This document shows, in pieces, positions 22,512-24,000 of a DNA stretch of 24,000 nucleotides. Origin of the DNA: Alphaproteobacteria bacterium (GTDB lineage Bacteria; Pseudomonadota; Alphaproteobacteria; DSM-16000; Inquilinaceae). The notes beneath the pieces were generated by a model, which saw only the letters and a program-made list of their open reading frames with translations, made no database searches and was not told where the DNA came from. The DNA lies in contig JANQIX010000110.1 in assembly GCA_028281925.1 (NCBI GenBank), positions 46,271-70,270 of the forward strand, written 5' to 3'. A program made the translations under genes and the position numbers. Positions within the stretch are counted from its first letter, which is position 1; each line of letters starts with the position of its first letter.

Positions 22512-23117
22512 TCAGCTTTGCGGAACCAGCAAGGCGACCAAGGTTGTCAGATCGGGCAACCCGGTTGCCTCGAGCTCGTTCTGCTCTTGAAATTCCGAAA
22601 TGGCGGCTTGCGTTCCCGGGCCGAACACGCCGTCAGCCTCGCCGTCATAGAGCTCAAGCTCGGCCAGTCTCTCTTGGGCGCGGCGCAACAGCTCAACGGG
22701 CAGGCTTACGCTCTCTTCTCCGGAAACGACGTCCACTCGCTCGGACTGTTCGGCCAGCGCCAATGGACGAAGCAGCGAAGCCGTGGCGGTCACGGCCTCG
22801 CCAAAGCGCGCCTGGGGCGTTCGATCGCAGATATTGGCGACTATGGCCGTCAGGGCGTCGATGTTGTGCACGGGGCTGATGTCGTAGACGCCCTCCGTCA
22901 GCAGGTTCACCGCCGAGAAGTGGCCATTAATCCAAGACCGGAACGCCAGCACCAAGGGATCGCTGTCCTCCAGCGCCTGCGTGAAGGTCTCGCAAGTCTC
23001 AAACCCCTCTCCCTTGATGACGTAGTTTCCGTCTGTGTCCGCGGCTTCGACGGTAGGTACAGAGATCGCCGCAGTGCCGAGGAGAGCGGCCAACAGAGCT
23101 GAGCCGTAGTGACGCAT
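22512..23117 (-). CDS. Secreted protein with a C-terminal peptidoglycan-binding (PG_binding_1-like) domain
   Basis: Part of ORF 22512..23441. The start is taken at ATG 23117 (MRHYGSALLAALLGTAAISVPTVEA|AD), preceded by a perfect AAGGAGG (complement of 23123-23129). The C-terminus, RAQERLAELELYDGEADGVFGPGTQAAISEFQEQNELEATGLPDLTTLVALL, matches the LxxLGxYxGxxDGxFGxxTxxAVxxFQ pattern. The N-domain is unassigned. Confidence 0.72.
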   Translation of the reverse strand: MRHYGSALLAALLGTAAISVPTVEAADTDGNYVIKGEGFETCETFTQALEDSDPLVLAFRSWINGHFSAVNLLTEGVYDISPVHNIDALTAIVANICDRTPQARFGEAVTATASLLRPLALAEQSERVDVVSGEESVSLPVELLRRAQERLAELELYDGEADGVFGPGTQAAISEFQEQNELEATGLPDLTTLVALLVPQS

Positions 23118-24000
23118 GACAGCCTCCTTAGATGTCACAAGGTTGTATTGTTCAACGATGCGTCGCGCGCCCTCACCATCGGCACGCCTGCGGCGGGAGC
23201 AATTGCCACTATCCCTGCAAATTCGCAATCTCTCATTGTCGGCAACAAAGTTTCGCGTACTTGTCGTGGACGACGTTGACTGGGACGCTTGCCGTAAGAT
23301 CGCCTTCAGATTGACCGTCGCTCCGGTCGGCTCCTCCGCCGGGCCACCCCAGGCACATTGTCGTTGGGTCGCGAGCGTTGGGGGGTCGGACGGAGGAGCG
23401 GGTTGGAGCCGCCTCCACCACAGGTGACGACGCTCTAGCACCTAACGCTGGATCAATTGAGGGATGCGAGCGCGTCAGAGTTGTCAAGCCTCAAGCCTGC
23501 TCCCTCGCAACGCGCAAGGCGAACAAGATGCCGACGATAGCTGACGCTCTGAGGGTCAACCAAGTAAGCGACCGTACTGCATGTAAATCGGAGCCGCCTG
23601 CGGCTAAGTAGATGCGCCTTGCGGAAAAGCTCGAGAAGCCGTGCTAGCAGCATGTCCATTATCGCCATAACTCGTTGAATTCCTGTGTATGCGTTGTCCG
23701 ATTTTCCCTTTATGATTTTACATATGGCGCGTCATGTTTACGATTTTAACGAATTCTTCTGCAAGCAATTGGCTGCATCCCAGCGTGTGCGCAAGATTTT
23801 CATTGAATCTGACGAAAGCTTGTGCATAATCAGAGGTAATGCTGGGGTCTTAAGGTGCCCAGCTCGTTCGGAGAAACCGGGCTAAGAAAGGGTTAGGGAC
23901 GGGTCACCGCCACATCGGCGCTAATTCAAAACATCCCAAAAAAAATCTACTACCCAGGCTGAACCATGCTCCACGGACTGATTGTGGAGAGGGCGTAGCG

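Noticed and set aside
22425-23102. 225-aa plus-strand ORF, and the 5' extension of ORF 22512..23441 beyond 23117.
   Set aside because: The plus-strand ORF is antisense to the PG-binding protein gene. The minus-strand extension upstream of the AAGGAGG-ATG at 23117 lacks a signal peptide and reads as low-complexity sequence.
8135-24000. Genomic island with att direct repeats and an integrase at tRNA-Ser.
   Set aside because: Only the compositional drop and tRNA adjacency are visible. There is no integrase/transposase ORF and no repeat of the tRNA 3' end in the window, so this is kept as a low-confidence hypothesis rather than a mobile_element feature.

Overview
High-GC segment that looks like an alphaproteobacterial chromosome, in two parts. 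(1) 1-8134 is ordinary core and envelope housekeeping: the partial 5' end of a DinG-like helicase gene, lysS, an FkbM-type methyltransferase, a class-IV (branched-chain) aminotransferase, a LexA-like S24 repressor, a GT9 heptosyltransferase, a GT4 glycosyltransferase, an alpha/beta hydrolase, a small membrane protein and tRNA-Ser(GGA). (2) GC drops visibly right after the tRNA, and an accessory locus follows (about 8.7-23.1 kb). It is dominated by one 9.2-kb gene for a 3,063-aa Sec-exported protein with 42 imperfect ~70-aa repeats, each centred on (V/I)QQNNGxxN. Downstream on the same strand, with tiny gaps, lie a 115-aa protein with one repeat, a signal-peptide-bearing stand-alone C39 cysteine peptidase (ATGA start/stop overlap), a 182-aa repeat-bearing protein and a lipoprotein. 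Convergent to them is an outer-membrane beta-barrel with an N-terminal coiled coil. Both small proteins and the barrel protein carry a block that fits the classical double-glycine leader consensus (LSxxELxxIxGG), placed after a Sec signal peptide. This suggests periplasmic processing by the C39 peptidase. The parts list resembles the Pseudomonas Fap functional-amyloid system (FapD peptidase, FapF coiled-coil barrel, small nucleator/accessory proteins, Q/N-rich repeat fibre). It differs in substrate size, repeat motif, gene order and extra components, so I flag it as a candidate undescribed variant. The 587-bp region upstream of the giant gene holds three perfect CtrA-type boxes (TTAA-N7-TTAAC) and a cluster of GANTC sites, pointing to cell-cycle control. 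No integrase, transposase, CRISPR array or rRNA is visible. All functional calls rest on motif recognition by eye; no database search was possible.
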